The notes under the pieces: generated by a model | The model's input: the letters and a program-made list of their open reading frames with translations, nothing else | Database searches by the model: none | What the model was told of the DNA's origin: nothing | Part shown: piece after piece, positions 17,233-25,691 of the stretch | Position numbering within the stretch: the stretch's first letter is position 1 | Layout of the letters: the number at the start of each line of letters is the position of its first letter | From: an uncultured Pseudomonadota bacterium | GTDB taxonomy: Bacteria; Pseudomonadota; Alphaproteobacteria; Rs-D84 | Assembly: GCA_945483255.1 (NCBI GenBank) | Contig: CALYRP010000001.1 | Coordinates: 1 to 25,691 of the forward strand | Reading direction: 5' to 3' | Length of the DNA stretch: 25,691 nucleotides | Program-made: the position numbers and the translations under genes

Positions 17233-17853
17233 TTATGAAAGTCTCGCTTCTACGGCTTTAACAGCATCGGCTGTCAAAACTAATTTTTCGTGTTTCAAGA
17301 TATCCAAAACATTCAAACCAATTGTTGGCAATACGTCAACATTGATAATGTTCGCAGCAGATTTCTTGAAGTTTGCATCAATATTTTCAGCGCCAACAAA
17401 CAAAGCTGATGCAACATTCAATTTTTTCAATTGTTTTGCCAATGTGTTTGTTTTTGCCTCAACCATTTTTTCGCTGTCGATAACAATCAAAGCGCCTTCT
17501 TTAACTTTTGAAGACAAAGCCATTTTCAAACCCAAAGCACGGATTTTCTTTGGCAAATCGATGTTATGATCACGAACGACTGGTCCATGAACTACACCAC
17601 CGCCACGCATGTGAACATTGTATCTTTCACCTTCACGTGCATTACCTGTTTTCTTTTGTTTGAATGCTTTTTTACCACTTCCTGCGACATCAGATACAGT
17701 TTTAACTGCATGTGTGCCTGCACGAGCATTTGCACGTTGCCATGTAACAACACGGTGCAAAATGTCTGCGCGTGGATCAATTCCAAAGATGCTGTCTGAC
17801 AATTCTACTTTGCCGACAGATTTTCCATCTAAATTTAAAATTTCTACTTGCAT
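17233..17853 (-). CDS. rplD: 50S ribosomal protein L4
   Basis: RAGTHAVKT, RGGGVVHGP and LPKKIRALGLKMALS motifs. Start MQVE at 17853 with SD AAGGTG. Confidence 0.98.
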   Translation of the reverse strand: MQVEILNLDGKSVGKVELSDSIFGIDPRADILHRVVTWQRANARAGTHAVKTVSDVAGSGKKAFKQKKTGNAREGERYNVHMRGGGVVHGPVVRDHNIDLPKKIRALGLKMALSSKVKEGALIVIDSEKMVEAKTNTLAKQLKKLNVASALFVGAENIDANFKKSAANIINVDVLPTIGLNVLDILKHEKLVLTADAVKAVEARLS

Positions 17854-17876
17854 TTTATTCACCTTTTATTGTGTCG

Positions 17877-18602
17877 TTATGCTGCTTCAGCTTCGTTTAC
17901 AGGTTCTTCTGCTTGTGCAACAGTTTCTATTGTTGCAACAAATGTTGGAACTGGCAATTGGTCTTGGACTTTCTTAACAGCATCATTTACCAAAACGAAT
18001 GTTCCGTTGCTGCCTGGAACAGCGCCTTCAACGAAAATCAAGTTTTCAGCAACATCAGTACCAAAAACTTTCAAGTTTTGTACTGTTACTGTTTCGTTAC
18101 CCATTTGACCTGACATCTTTTTACCTTTCAAGACGCGGCCTGGCCATTCACGCATACCTGTACCACCCAAGGAACGATGAGCTTTTAAAACACCGTGAGT
18201 TGCTTCTTTACCACCAAAATTATGGCGTTTCATAGCACCTTGGAAACCTTTACCTTTGCTGGTTGCTTGAACATCAACATATTGACCGGCAATAAAATGT
18301 GCGGCAGATAATTGTGTTCCTGCTGGAATTACACAATCATCAGAAACGCGGAATTCAACCACCTTGCGATAAGGTTTTACACCCGCTTTTTCTGCTGCTA
18401 CTGCTTGAGGTTTCGCAACATGTTTTGCTTTTGCTTCACGCAAACCCAATATATTTGCTACATAACCATTTTTTTCTGTTGTACGATTTCCAATAACAGC
18501 ACAATCTCCAACAGATAAAACTGTTACTGCGTGGGCAACACCGGCTTCATCATAAAGACGGGTCATCCCTATTTTTGTTGTAATTAATCCGCTACGTTTC
18601 AT
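17877..18602 (-). CDS. rplC: 50S ribosomal protein L3
   Basis: KIGMT, SKGKGFQGAMKRHNF, GKKMSGQMG and GAVPG motifs. Confidence 0.99.
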   Translation of the reverse strand: MKRSGLITTKIGMTRLYDEAGVAHAVTVLSVGDCAVIGNRTTEKNGYVANILGLREAKAKHVAKPQAVAAEKAGVKPYRKVVEFRVSDDCVIPAGTQLSAAHFIAGQYVDVQATSKGKGFQGAMKRHNFGGKEATHGVLKAHRSLGGTGMREWPGRVLKGKKMSGQMGNETVTVQNLKVFGTDVAENLIFVEGAVPGSNGTFVLVNDAVKKVQDQLPVPTFVATIETVAQAEEPVNEAEAA

Positions 18603-18658
18603 TTTTTTTGCCTTTTTGTCAGTGGTTAATGGACACCATGTCCACTAACATACACATT

Positions 18659-18970
18659 TTATAATTTAATTTTTACATCAACACCTGATGCCAAATCCAA
18701 CTTCATCAGTGCATCAACTGTCTGAGGGGTTGGGTTAACAATATCTACGACCGCTTTATGATTGCGGATTTCGAATTGTTCACGTGATTTTTTATTAACG
18801 TGTGGAGAACGGTTCACTGTAAACTTTTGAATCAAAGTTGGCAAGCGAACGGGTCCAACGACATCTGCGCCGGTGCGTTTTGCTGTTTTTACAATTTCTT
18901 CTACTGATTCCATCAAGACCCTGTGGTCGAAAGCTGTTAATTTGATGCGAATCTTAGATGCTGGTACCAT
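18659..18970 (-). CDS. rpsJ: 30S ribosomal protein S10
   Basis: [11 protein letters not shown] and [14 protein letters not shown] motifs. Confidence 0.99.
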   Translation of the reverse strand: MVPASKIRIKLTAFDHRVLMESVEEIVKTAKRTGADVVGPVRLPTLIQKFTVNRSPHVNKKSREQFEIRNHKAVVDIVNPTPQTVDALMKLDLASGVDVKIKL

Positions 18971-18996
18971 TGTTCGTTTTCCTTATTTTAAGTTGT

Positions 18997-19030
18997 TTTG
19001 CGGGCAAAGGGTAAACCATTTGCCCGCAAA
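18997..19030 (-). other. Strong hairpin between tuf and rpsJ (no U-tract on the coding strand)
   Basis: TTTGCGGGCAAA/TTTGCCCGCAAA 12-bp inverted repeat, followed on the minus strand by A-rich sequence. Confidence 0.7.
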
Positions 19031-19039
19031 TTGCAACAA

Positions 19040-20227
19040 TTATTTAACAATTTTTGATACAACACCTGCACCAACTGTGCGTCCGCCTTCACGGATAGCA
19101 AAGCGGCGACCTTCGCTCATAGCAATAGGTGCAATCAATTGCACATTGATACGAACGTTATCACCTGGCAAGACCATTTCTTTGTCTGCTGGCAAAGTAA
19201 TTGTACCTGTTACGTCTGTTGTGCTGAAATAGAATTGTGGACGATAGTTAGAGAAGAATGCTGTATGACGGCCACCTTCTTCTTTCGTCAAAATATAAAC
19301 TTCAGCTTCGAAATCTGTGTGTGGTGTGATGGAACCTGGTTTGCAGATAATTTGACCACGTTCTACATCTTCTTTCTTTGTACCACGCAACAACAAACCT
19401 ACGTTATCACCGGCTTCACCTTGATCCAACAATTTGCGGAACATTTCAACGCCAGTAACTGTTGTTTTTTGTGTTGGTTTCAAACCTACGATTTCGCATT
19501 CGTCACCTACTTTGATAACACCAGATTCAACACGACCTGTTACTACTGTACCACGACCTGTGATAGAGAACACGTCTTCGATTGGCATCAAGAACGGTTT
19601 ATCAACTGGACGTTCTGGCATTGGGATGTATGAATCACATGCAGCCAACAATGCGTCGATAGATTCTTTGCCTAAACCGTCGTTTTTACCTTCCAATGCG
19701 GAAATAGCAGAACCACGGATGATTGGAGCATTGTCACCATCGAAGTCATTTGCAGACAACAATTCACGGATTTCCATTTCAACCAATTCCAACAATTCAG
19801 GATCGTTAGCCAAATCACATTTGTTCAAGTAAACTACGATTTTTGGAATACCTACCTGACGTGCCAACAAAATGTGTTCACGTGTTTGTGGCATTGGACC
19901 ATCAGTTGCAGCAACTACCAAAATAGCACCGTCCATTTGCGCAGCACCAGTGATCATGTTTTTAACATAGTCAGCGTGTCCTGGGCAGTCAACGTGAGCA
20001 TAGTGACGATTTGCTGTTTCGTATTCAACGTGTGCAGTATTAATTGTTATACCGCGAGCTCTTTCTTCTGGTGCGTTATCGATTTGATCAACACCTTTTT
20101 GTGCGTCGATACCAACGCCATAGTAGTGAACAATAGCAGCTGTCAATGTTGTTTTACCGTGGTCAACGTGACCAATTGTACCAATATTGACGTGTGGTTT
20201 TGTTCTTACATACTTTTCTTTTGCCAT
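19040..20227 (-). CDS. tuf: Elongation factor Tu
   Basis: [19 protein letters not shown] and NKCD motifs; [13 protein letters not shown]. Confidence 0.99.
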   Translation of the reverse strand: MAKEKYVRTKPHVNIGTIGHVDHGKTTLTAAIVHYYGVGIDAQKGVDQIDNAPEERARGITINTAHVEYETANRHYAHVDCPGHADYVKNMITGAAQMDGAILVVAATDGPMPQTREHILLARQVGIPKIVVYLNKCDLANDPELLELVEMEIRELLSANDFDGDNAPIIRGSAISALEGKNDGLGKESIDALLAACDSYIPMPERPVDKPFLMPIEDVFSITGRGTVVTGRVESGVIKVGDECEIVGLKPTQKTTVTGVEMFRKLLDQGEAGDNVGLLLRGTKKEDVERGQIICKPGSITPHTDFEAEVYILTKEEGGRHTAFFSNYRPQFYFSTTDVTGTITLPADKEMVLPGDNVRINVQLIAPIAMSEGRRFAIREGGRTVGAGVVSKIVK

Positions 20228-20267
20228 GGTTTTCTCCTTGGGCTGTTAGTTATTAAGTTTGTAATTG

Positions 20268-22349
20268 TTATTTTGTCATTTTTTTGATTACTTCGTCAGC
20301 AACATTTTGTGGCACTTCGTCATAGTGTGACAATTCCATATATGGATTTGCACGACCTTGGGACAAAGAACGTAATGTTTTGACATACCCGAACAAATTA
20401 GCCAGAGGTACATACGCAGTGATTAACTGGCTGCCGAATCTGGTTTCGATACCATTGATTTGTCCGCGGCGACTGTTCAAATCGCCAATAATGTCACCGA
20501 CGTATTCTTCCGGCGTGTTAACCGAAAGCTTCATAATCGGTTCCAATAATTTTGGTGATGCTTTCTTCATCGCTTCGCGGAAGCAAGCACGCGCCGCAAT
20601 TTCAAAGCACAACACATTAGAGTCAACTTCGTGATATTTACCATCTACCAATGTGGCTTTGAAATCTACTGTTGGATAGCCAATCAAAACACCTGTTTGT
20701 TGTGCTATCTTCAAACCTTTTTCTACACCTGGGATGTATTCTTTTGGAATTGCACCACCAACAATCTTGTTTTCGAATTCATAGCCTTGGCCTGGTTCCA
20801 ATGGTTCAAATTGGATTTTAACCTGGGCGTATTGACCAGAACCACCAGATTGTTTTTTATGTGTGTATTCTTCCAATACAGGTTTACGGAATGTTTCACG
20901 ATACGCGATGCGTGGTTCACCAACATTAACGTCTACTTTAAATTCACGCAACAAACGATCAACCAAAATTTCCAAGTGCAATTCACCAACCCCAGCCAAA
21001 ATTGTTTGACCAGATTCTTCGTCAACAGATACACGGAAAGATGGGTCTTCTTTTGCCAAAGCTTGCAAGCCCAAAGACATCTTTTCAATGTCTGCTTTTG
21101 TTTTTGGTTCAACTGCGATAGAAATAACGGGTTCTGGAACGTGGATAGATTCCAAAATAATTGGATTTGCTTCATCGCAAAGTGTGTCACCTGTGATTGT
21201 TTCTTTCATACCAACCAATGTGATAATATCACCTGCTGATGCTTCTTTGATTTCTTCACGCGCATTTGCGTGCATCAACAACATACGACCTACACGTTCA
21301 CGTTTATCACGATTTGAATTATAAATATAAGAACCAGATGTTAATTTACCCGAATAAATACGGATGAACATCAAGTTTCCAACGAATGGGTCATTCGCAA
21401 CCTTAAATGCCAAAGCACTGAAAGGTTCTTTTGGATCTGCATGACGTTCTGTTTCGGTTTCGCCGTCCATCTTTGTTCCCTTAATCGCAGGAATATCCAA
21501 TGGTGATGGCAAATAGTCAACAATCGCATCAAGCAATGGTTGAACACCTTTGTTCTTAAACGCAGTTCCGCACAACACAGGAACAAAGTTTTGTGCAATT
21601 GTTCCCTTTCTTAACAATTTTTTGATTGTTGCGACATCTGGGATTTTGCCTTCCATGTATTCTTCCATGATGGTATCATCCAATGTTACAACTTCTTCAA
21701 TCAATTTGTTGTGTAATTCGTCTGCTTTTTCTTTTAATTCTGCTGGGATTTCTTCTGTTTTTGGATGAGATCCATTTTCATCTTCCCAGATAATAGCTTT
21801 CATTTCAACAACGTCAACAACGCCTTTGAAATCTTGTTCTTGACCGATTGGGAAATTAACAACCAATGGGTTAGCGCCCAATCTTTCACGAATCATATCT
21901 ACACAGCGGAAGAAGTTAGCCCCTGTTCTGTCCATTTTGTTAATAAAGCAAATACGTGGAACATTATAACGGTCTGCTTGACGCCATACTGTTTCTGTTT
22001 GTGGTTGTACCCCAGATACAGATTCAAATACAGCAACTGCACCGTCCAATACACGCAATGAACGTTCTACTTCCATTGTAAAATCAACGTGGCCCGGTGT
22101 ATCAATCAAATTGATACGATGGTCGCGCCAGAAACAAGTTGTCGCAGCAGATGTAATTGTAATACCACGTTCTTGTTCTTGAACCATCCAGTCCATTGTT
22201 GCAGCACCATCGTGCACTTCACCGATTTTATATGTCTTACCAGTATAGAACAAGATACGTTCAGAAGTAGTTGTCTTACCTGCGTCAATATGGGCCATAA
22301 TTCCAATATTGCGGTACATATCCAAAGATGCGGTTTTTCCAACTGACAT
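20268..22349 (-). CDS. fusA: Elongation factor G
   Basis: [19 protein letters not shown] and NKMD motifs; [10 protein letters not shown]. Confidence 0.99.
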   Translation of the reverse strand: MSVGKTASLDMYRNIGIMAHIDAGKTTTSERILFYTGKTYKIGEVHDGAATMDWMVQEQERGITITSAATTCFWRDHRINLIDTPGHVDFTMEVERSLRVLDGAVAVFESVSGVQPQTETVWRQADRYNVPRICFINKMDRTGANFFRCVDMIRERLGANPLVVNFPIGQEQDFKGVVDVVEMKAIIWEDENGSHPKTEEIPAELKEKADELHNKLIEEVVTLDDTIMEEYMEGKIPDVATIKKLLRKGTIAQNFVPVLCGTAFKNKGVQPLLDAIVDYLPSPLDIPAIKGTKMDGETETERHADPKEPFSALAFKVANDPFVGNLMFIRIYSGKLTSGSYIYNSNRDKRERVGRMLLMHANAREEIKEASAGDIITLVGMKETITGDTLCDEANPIILESIHVPEPVISIAVEPKTKADIEKMSLGLQALAKEDPSFRVSVDEESGQTILAGVGELHLEILVDRLLREFKVDVNVGEPRIAYRETFRKPVLEEYTHKKQSGGSGQYAQVKIQFEPLEPGQGYEFENKIVGGAIPKEYIPGVEKGLKIAQQTGVLIGYPTVDFKATLVDGKYHEVDSNVLCFEIAARACFREAMKKASPKLLEPIMKLSVNTPEEYVGDIIGDLNSRRGQINGIETRFGSQLITAYVPLANLFGYVKTLRSLSQGRANPYMELSHYDEVPQNVADEVIKKMTK

Positions 22350-22379
22350 GTGTCTTTCCTTATTTCTTTATTATTTATA

Positions 22380-22853
22380 TTACCAACGGAAATGAGCAAA
22401 CGCCTTGTTCGCTTCTGCCATTCTGTGTGTGTCTAATTTCTTTTTGAATGCGCCACCTTGACCATTCAAAGCGTCACGCAATTCTGCAAACAATCTTTCT
22501 TCCATTGAACGTTCGCCACGTTTTCTTGCGAACATAATCAACCAACGCAATGCCAACGTTTGTTGACGCGCAGGACGAACTTCGACCGGAACCTGGTAAG
22601 TTGCACCACCAACACGGCGGCCTTTAACTTCGATAGATGGTTTCAAAGCGTCAATTGCTTCCAAGAAAGTTGTTAATTCATCTTTGTCTTTGGCGACAGT
22701 TTTCAATTTTTCCATTGCACCATAAACGATGTTTTCGGCAACTTCTTTTTTACCATCCCACATAACAACATTAATACATTTTGCAACGACCAGATTATTA
22801 TATTTTGAATCTGGCAAGATTTCACGTTTTATTGCAGCTTTACGTCTTGACAT
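22380..22853 (-). CDS. rpsG: 30S ribosomal protein S7
   Basis: [14 protein letters not shown] and [15 protein letters not shown] motifs. Confidence 0.99.
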   Translation of the reverse strand: MSRRKAAIKREILPDSKYNNLVVAKCINVVMWDGKKEVAENIVYGAMEKLKTVAKDKDELTTFLEAIDALKPSIEVKGRRVGGATYQVPVEVRPARQQTLALRWLIMFARKRGERSMEERLFAELRDALNGQGGAFKKKLDTHRMAEANKAFAHFRW

Positions 22854-22921
22854 ATTTAATTTCCTTTTTGTTTCTTCACTTGGTTTCCCAAATTACTCAC
22901 ACCTGGTTTAGATGTGTATTA

Positions 22922-23293
22922 TTATTTTGCACCTTTTGCGCCATACAGAGAACGTCCTTGTTTTCTGCTTTCTACGCCTTTGGTATCAAGAACACCACGG
23001 ATAATATGATATTTTACACCCGGCAAGTCCTTTACACGACCACCACGAATCATAACAACACTGTGTTCCTGAAGGTTGTGACCTTCACCTGGAATATATG
23101 CAGTTACTTCGTGACCGTTAGCCAATTTAACACGCGCAACCTTACGTTGAGCAGAGTTAGGTTTCTTTGGTGTCGTTGTATAAACACGTGTGCAAACGCC
23201 ACGTTTCTGCGGATTCGACATCATATCAGGAGCAGTCGATTTAACTGCTACTTTTTTACGTGGTTTCCGAATCAGTTGATTTACTGTTGGCAT
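22922..23293 (-). CDS. rpsL: 30S ribosomal protein S12
   Basis: [27 protein letters not shown] and [10 protein letters not shown] motifs. Confidence 0.99.
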   Translation of the reverse strand: MPTVNQLIRKPRKKVAVKSTAPDMMSNPQKRGVCTRVYTTTPKKPNSAQRKVARVKLANGHEVTAYIPGEGHNLQEHSVVMIRGGRVKDLPGVKYHIIRGVLDTKGVESRKQGRSLYGAKGAK

Positions 23294-23336
23294 TAAAATT
23301 TCTCTTTGTTTTTTTGTTTCTCTTTTTTACCATGCG

Positions 23337-23438
23337 AAACCCGCAAGCAGACTTATTTCCGGCGCGTTGCGCCTGATTATAAATCTCGCAAAAATGCGGT
23401 TTTCTGTTACTTCTTACTTTCCTTCATTACACGGAAAG
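23337..23438 (-). promoter_or_regulatory. Structured 5' leader of the str operon
   Basis: 5' hairpin CUUUCC/GGAAAG, then nested AAACCGCA/UGCGGGUUU, AGAUUUAU/AUAAGUCU (G.U on the minus strand) and GGCGC-AAC-GCGCC. Confidence 0.55.
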
Positions 23439-23445
23439 CAAGCAT

Positions 23446-23473
23446 ATTATAACCCCACCCCGCAAATTGTCAA
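23446..23473 (-). promoter_or_regulatory. Consensus sigma70 promoter of the str/S10/spc supercluster
   Basis: TTGACA (23473-23468), 16-nt spacer, TATAAT (23451-23446): perfect hexamers. Confidence 0.88.
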
Positions 23474-23575
23474 GGAAAATATCTGGTCATTTTATGTAAA
23501 AACCGCTGAAAATCTATACTTTCACACACAAAAAGCATAGACAGATAAAAAATTAGTCCAAACAAGTAGATATAT

Positions 23576-23601
23576 AAAAAAGCCCGATCAAACGACCGGG
23601 C
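23576..23601 (-). terminator. Intrinsic terminator after the OMP gene
   Basis: GCCCGGUC-GUUU-GAUCGGGC followed by UUUUUU. Confidence 0.88.
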
Positions 23602-23620
23602 CTTGTTTTCAATCTACAGA

Positions 23621-24442
23621 TTAGAAATCAATACCGAATTTAGCACCAAATCCAAATCCGTTTTCAACTTCCCATTCGTCATCGTGGTCACCACCTTGGT
23701 GATTCATTTCGGCATTTACGTATGCACCAACGAATTTTGTAGCATCGATATTATAATTTACACCCAATTCACCGGTCCATAAACCAGCATTTTTGATTTT
23801 TGCGCCATCAATACCACGATATTCTTTGTCTAAAACACCGGTATATTCTACACCAGCCAATACAGACCAATGAGAATCAATCAAATATTGACCGTCCAAT
23901 CCTAATGTTACGAAATGCATACCTTGTTCGCCTGCACCTTCATTCCAATTAAACGATTCTGTATTCCAATAAGTGAACAATGCGTGTGCTGCAACTGTCC
24001 AATTGGATGCTACATAACCACCGCGAACACCGGCAGTCCATGCATAACCTGTATCGTCCTTGTCCAAGAAAGGCCTATGATTTCCCCAAACAGGGTCTAA
24101 ACCATATGCACCAACCAAATCCAATTTCCATGCACCCATGTCTAATGCACGATATGCAGTTGCTAATGATAAATCACCCCAAGACCATTGGTCAAAAGAT
24201 TGTTCATCATTAATTGTTGTAGAAACCATAACTGCCCATTTATTTGTGATACCATAACCAAATTCTTCACCCATTGCCCATGATTTCAAATCTTTTGAAC
24301 CTGTATGAGATTCCAATGTTGATACACTGTAAAAATGACCCTGACCAGGCAAATATAATGGACTTTCATCAAATACGTTTGCAGCGTGTGCCCCAGAAAC
24401 TGCGAATACTGCCAATAATGAAGTCAATGCTAATTTTTTCAT
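23621..24442 (-). CDS. Outer-membrane beta-barrel protein (porin-like)
   Basis: Signal peptide MKKLALTSLLAVFAVSGAHA, alternating aromatic/hydrophobic strands and C-terminal beta-signal GFGAKFGIDF; strong SD. Confidence 0.85.
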   Translation of the reverse strand: MKKLALTSLLAVFAVSGAHAANVFDESPLYLPGQGHFYSVSTLESHTGSKDLKSWAMGEEFGYGITNKWAVMVSTTINDEQSFDQWSWGDLSLATAYRALDMGAWKLDLVGAYGLDPVWGNHRPFLDKDDTGYAWTAGVRGGYVASNWTVAAHALFTYWNTESFNWNEGAGEQGMHFVTLGLDGQYLIDSHWSVLAGVEYTGVLDKEYRGIDGAKIKNAGLWTGELGVNYNIDATKFVGAYVNAEMNHQGGDHDDEWEVENGFGFGAKFGIDF

Positions 24443-24495
24443 AATTTATCCTTTCCTTTGGTTAAACTTGAATCAGACTTTTGTCTGATAAGAAA

Positions 24496-24524
24496 ATTAT
24501 CTCATACAAAATTAGAATTAACAA
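24496..24524 (-). promoter_or_regulatory. Candidate promoter for the OMP gene
   Basis: TTGTTA, 17-nt spacer, GATAAT with extended TG. A hairpin AUCAGAC-AAAA-GUCUGAU sits at the start of the predicted transcript. Confidence 0.5.
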
Positions 24525-24537
24525 GAAAATAGATTTC

Positions 24538-24566
24538 TTGTAAATCAATATCAAATATGATATAAT
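24538..24566 (+). promoter_or_regulatory. Candidate plus-strand promoter pointing antisense into mltG
   Basis: TTGTAA (24538-24543), 17-nt spacer, TATAAT (24561-24566), extended TG and GC-rich discriminator. Confidence 0.55.
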
Positions 24567-24603
24567 TGCGTGCGTCGCGCGTTAAAAAAATTCGCGCATT
24601 TTT

Positions 24604-25614
24604 TTATTTATTTAATTCTTTTTTAATTTCACGCCAAACTTCGTGATTTTTTTGATGTTCTTTATAGTCTTTGGAAAATTTGTGTCCACCACGACCATCG
24701 GCAACAAAATATAAATATTTCGTATTTGCTGGTTTAAACACGCTGCGAATCGCATCGCGCCCAACATTGGCAATTGGATGTGGCGGCAACCCATTATGTG
24801 TATATGTATTATACGGGCTGTCTATTTTCAAATGTCCAGACAACAATGGGGCACCATGCATATCACCTTCGAAATCTGTCAATGCATAAACAACCGTTGG
24901 GCATGCTTGTAATCTCATATTAACATTCAAACGATTCAAATACACACTGGCAACAACTGGCATTTCACGTTTAAGCGGTGTTTCTTTTTGAACAATCGAA
25001 GCCAACACCATAACATCGTTCCAATCTTTTAATGGTGTCGGATATTTCATCCCATCAAAAGATTTTTTAATATCTATCATTTTTTTACGTGCTAAATCAA
25101 GAACCGCCAGACGCGCTGTTCCACGCGCAACACGGTATGTGTCTGGGAATATATCACCGTCTTTTAAATCACAAACAGGTATCGATTTATCACAATCAAC
25201 GTCGCCCACCAATGAATTAGTATTCATCAACAACATTTTTGTCTGTTTAATGGTAAAACCTTCGGGAATTGTGATGGTGGTCGTTGCAACACGGCCATGT
25301 GATAACATAGACGCAATTGTCCACACACCTGCGCCACGCGGAATTTCATATTCCCCCGCCATTATTTTTCCACCATTCATACGAATTGAAAAATAGAACA
25401 AATCTTTGGATTTAATAATACGATTTTGATAAAGACGATTCGCCATCCCTGTAATAGATGCCCCACGCGGAACGACAACACTGGTTGCGGTTTTTACCGG
25501 TGACCAAATATTAAAAATAAAATAAACAACAAACACAACAACGCATGCGATTGCCAGCGCAAATTTAACCCATTCTTTGATATTTTTCAATTTTCTTTTT
25601 GATATCTTTATCAT
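24604..25614 (-). CDS. mltG: Endolytic transglycosylase MltG (YceG family)
   Basis: N-terminal TM segment, then GEY, TITIPEG, LASIVQKE, YLNRL..MRLQ, DSPYNTY..GLPPHPIAN and YLYFVADGRGGHKFS motifs. Confidence 0.95.
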   Translation of the reverse strand: MIKISKRKLKNIKEWVKFALAIACVVVFVVYFIFNIWSPVKTATSVVVPRGASITGMANRLYQNRIIKSKDLFYFSIRMNGGKIMAGEYEIPRGAGVWTIASMLSHGRVATTTITIPEGFTIKQTKMLLMNTNSLVGDVDCDKSIPVCDLKDGDIFPDTYRVARGTARLAVLDLARKKMIDIKKSFDGMKYPTPLKDWNDVMVLASIVQKETPLKREMPVVASVYLNRLNVNMRLQACPTVVYALTDFEGDMHGAPLLSGHLKIDSPYNTYTHNGLPPHPIANVGRDAIRSVFKPANTKYLYFVADGRGGHKFSKDYKEHQKNHEVWREIKKELNK

Positions 25615-25691
25615 AATCCAGAAAGTATAAATGGTATTTTACATCAAGCAATAAAATAAAAATTTTTGGTCGCAGTGGCGGGCGTCTTGTT

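Noticed and set aside
3562-17862. ORF-track starts for rpoA (4602), rpsK (7315), rplO (9788), rpsE (10380), rplF (11390), rpsQ (13896) and rplD (17862)
   Set aside because: Downstream ATGs have SD sequences at proper spacing and match the usual N-termini.
20960-21010. EF-G GVGELH (usually GMGELH) as a fusidic-acid resistance allele
   Set aside because: Conservative change with the neighbouring His and Leu intact; not interpretable without an alignment.
7898-25396. Numerous plus-strand ORFs of 60-170 aa opposite ribosomal genes
   Set aside because: Antisense shadows of biased coding sequence with no SD, motif or compositional support.
1-25691. Stop-codon reassignment, inteins, introns or programmed frameshifts
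   Set aside because: All conserved genes translate full length under the standard code, with normal sizes and no insertions.

Overview
All supported genes lie on the minus strand. The window holds the str-S10-spc-alpha ribosomal supercluster (rpsL to rplQ: 25 r-protein genes plus fusA, tuf, secY and rpoA) of an AT-rich, divergent bacterium. It looks alphaproteobacterial (RpoA C-terminal WPPENI motif, no rpsD in the alpha cluster). The secreted Cys-rich proteins and OMP leader remind me of the gut/termite Rs-D84 ('Ca. Enterousia') lineage, but that placement is inference only. Upstream lie mltG and an outer-membrane beta-barrel gene. Main departures from the usual cluster: (1) the alpha operon is split between rpsK and rpoA by a terminator, a palindromic repeat cluster and a ~640-aa secreted protein with ~60 Cys and eukaryote-like CxxC-x-G-x-Y repeats, and rpoA, rplQ and rpsM each have their own candidate sigma70 promoter; (2) the same layout (terminator, palindrome cluster, promoter, large secreted Cys-rich gene) recurs after rplQ, in front of a >747-aa ORF that the ORF track missed; (3) rpmD and adk are absent from their usual positions; (4) an identical CUGUUA-loop hairpin precedes rplE and rplR, both encoding 5S rRNA-binding proteins; (5) L4, L22, L3, L2, EF-Tu and MltG carry substitutions at normally conserved functional positions; (6) a near-consensus plus-strand promoter fires antisense into mltG. 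All structures, counts and residue numbering were worked out by hand; no searches or folding programs were run.
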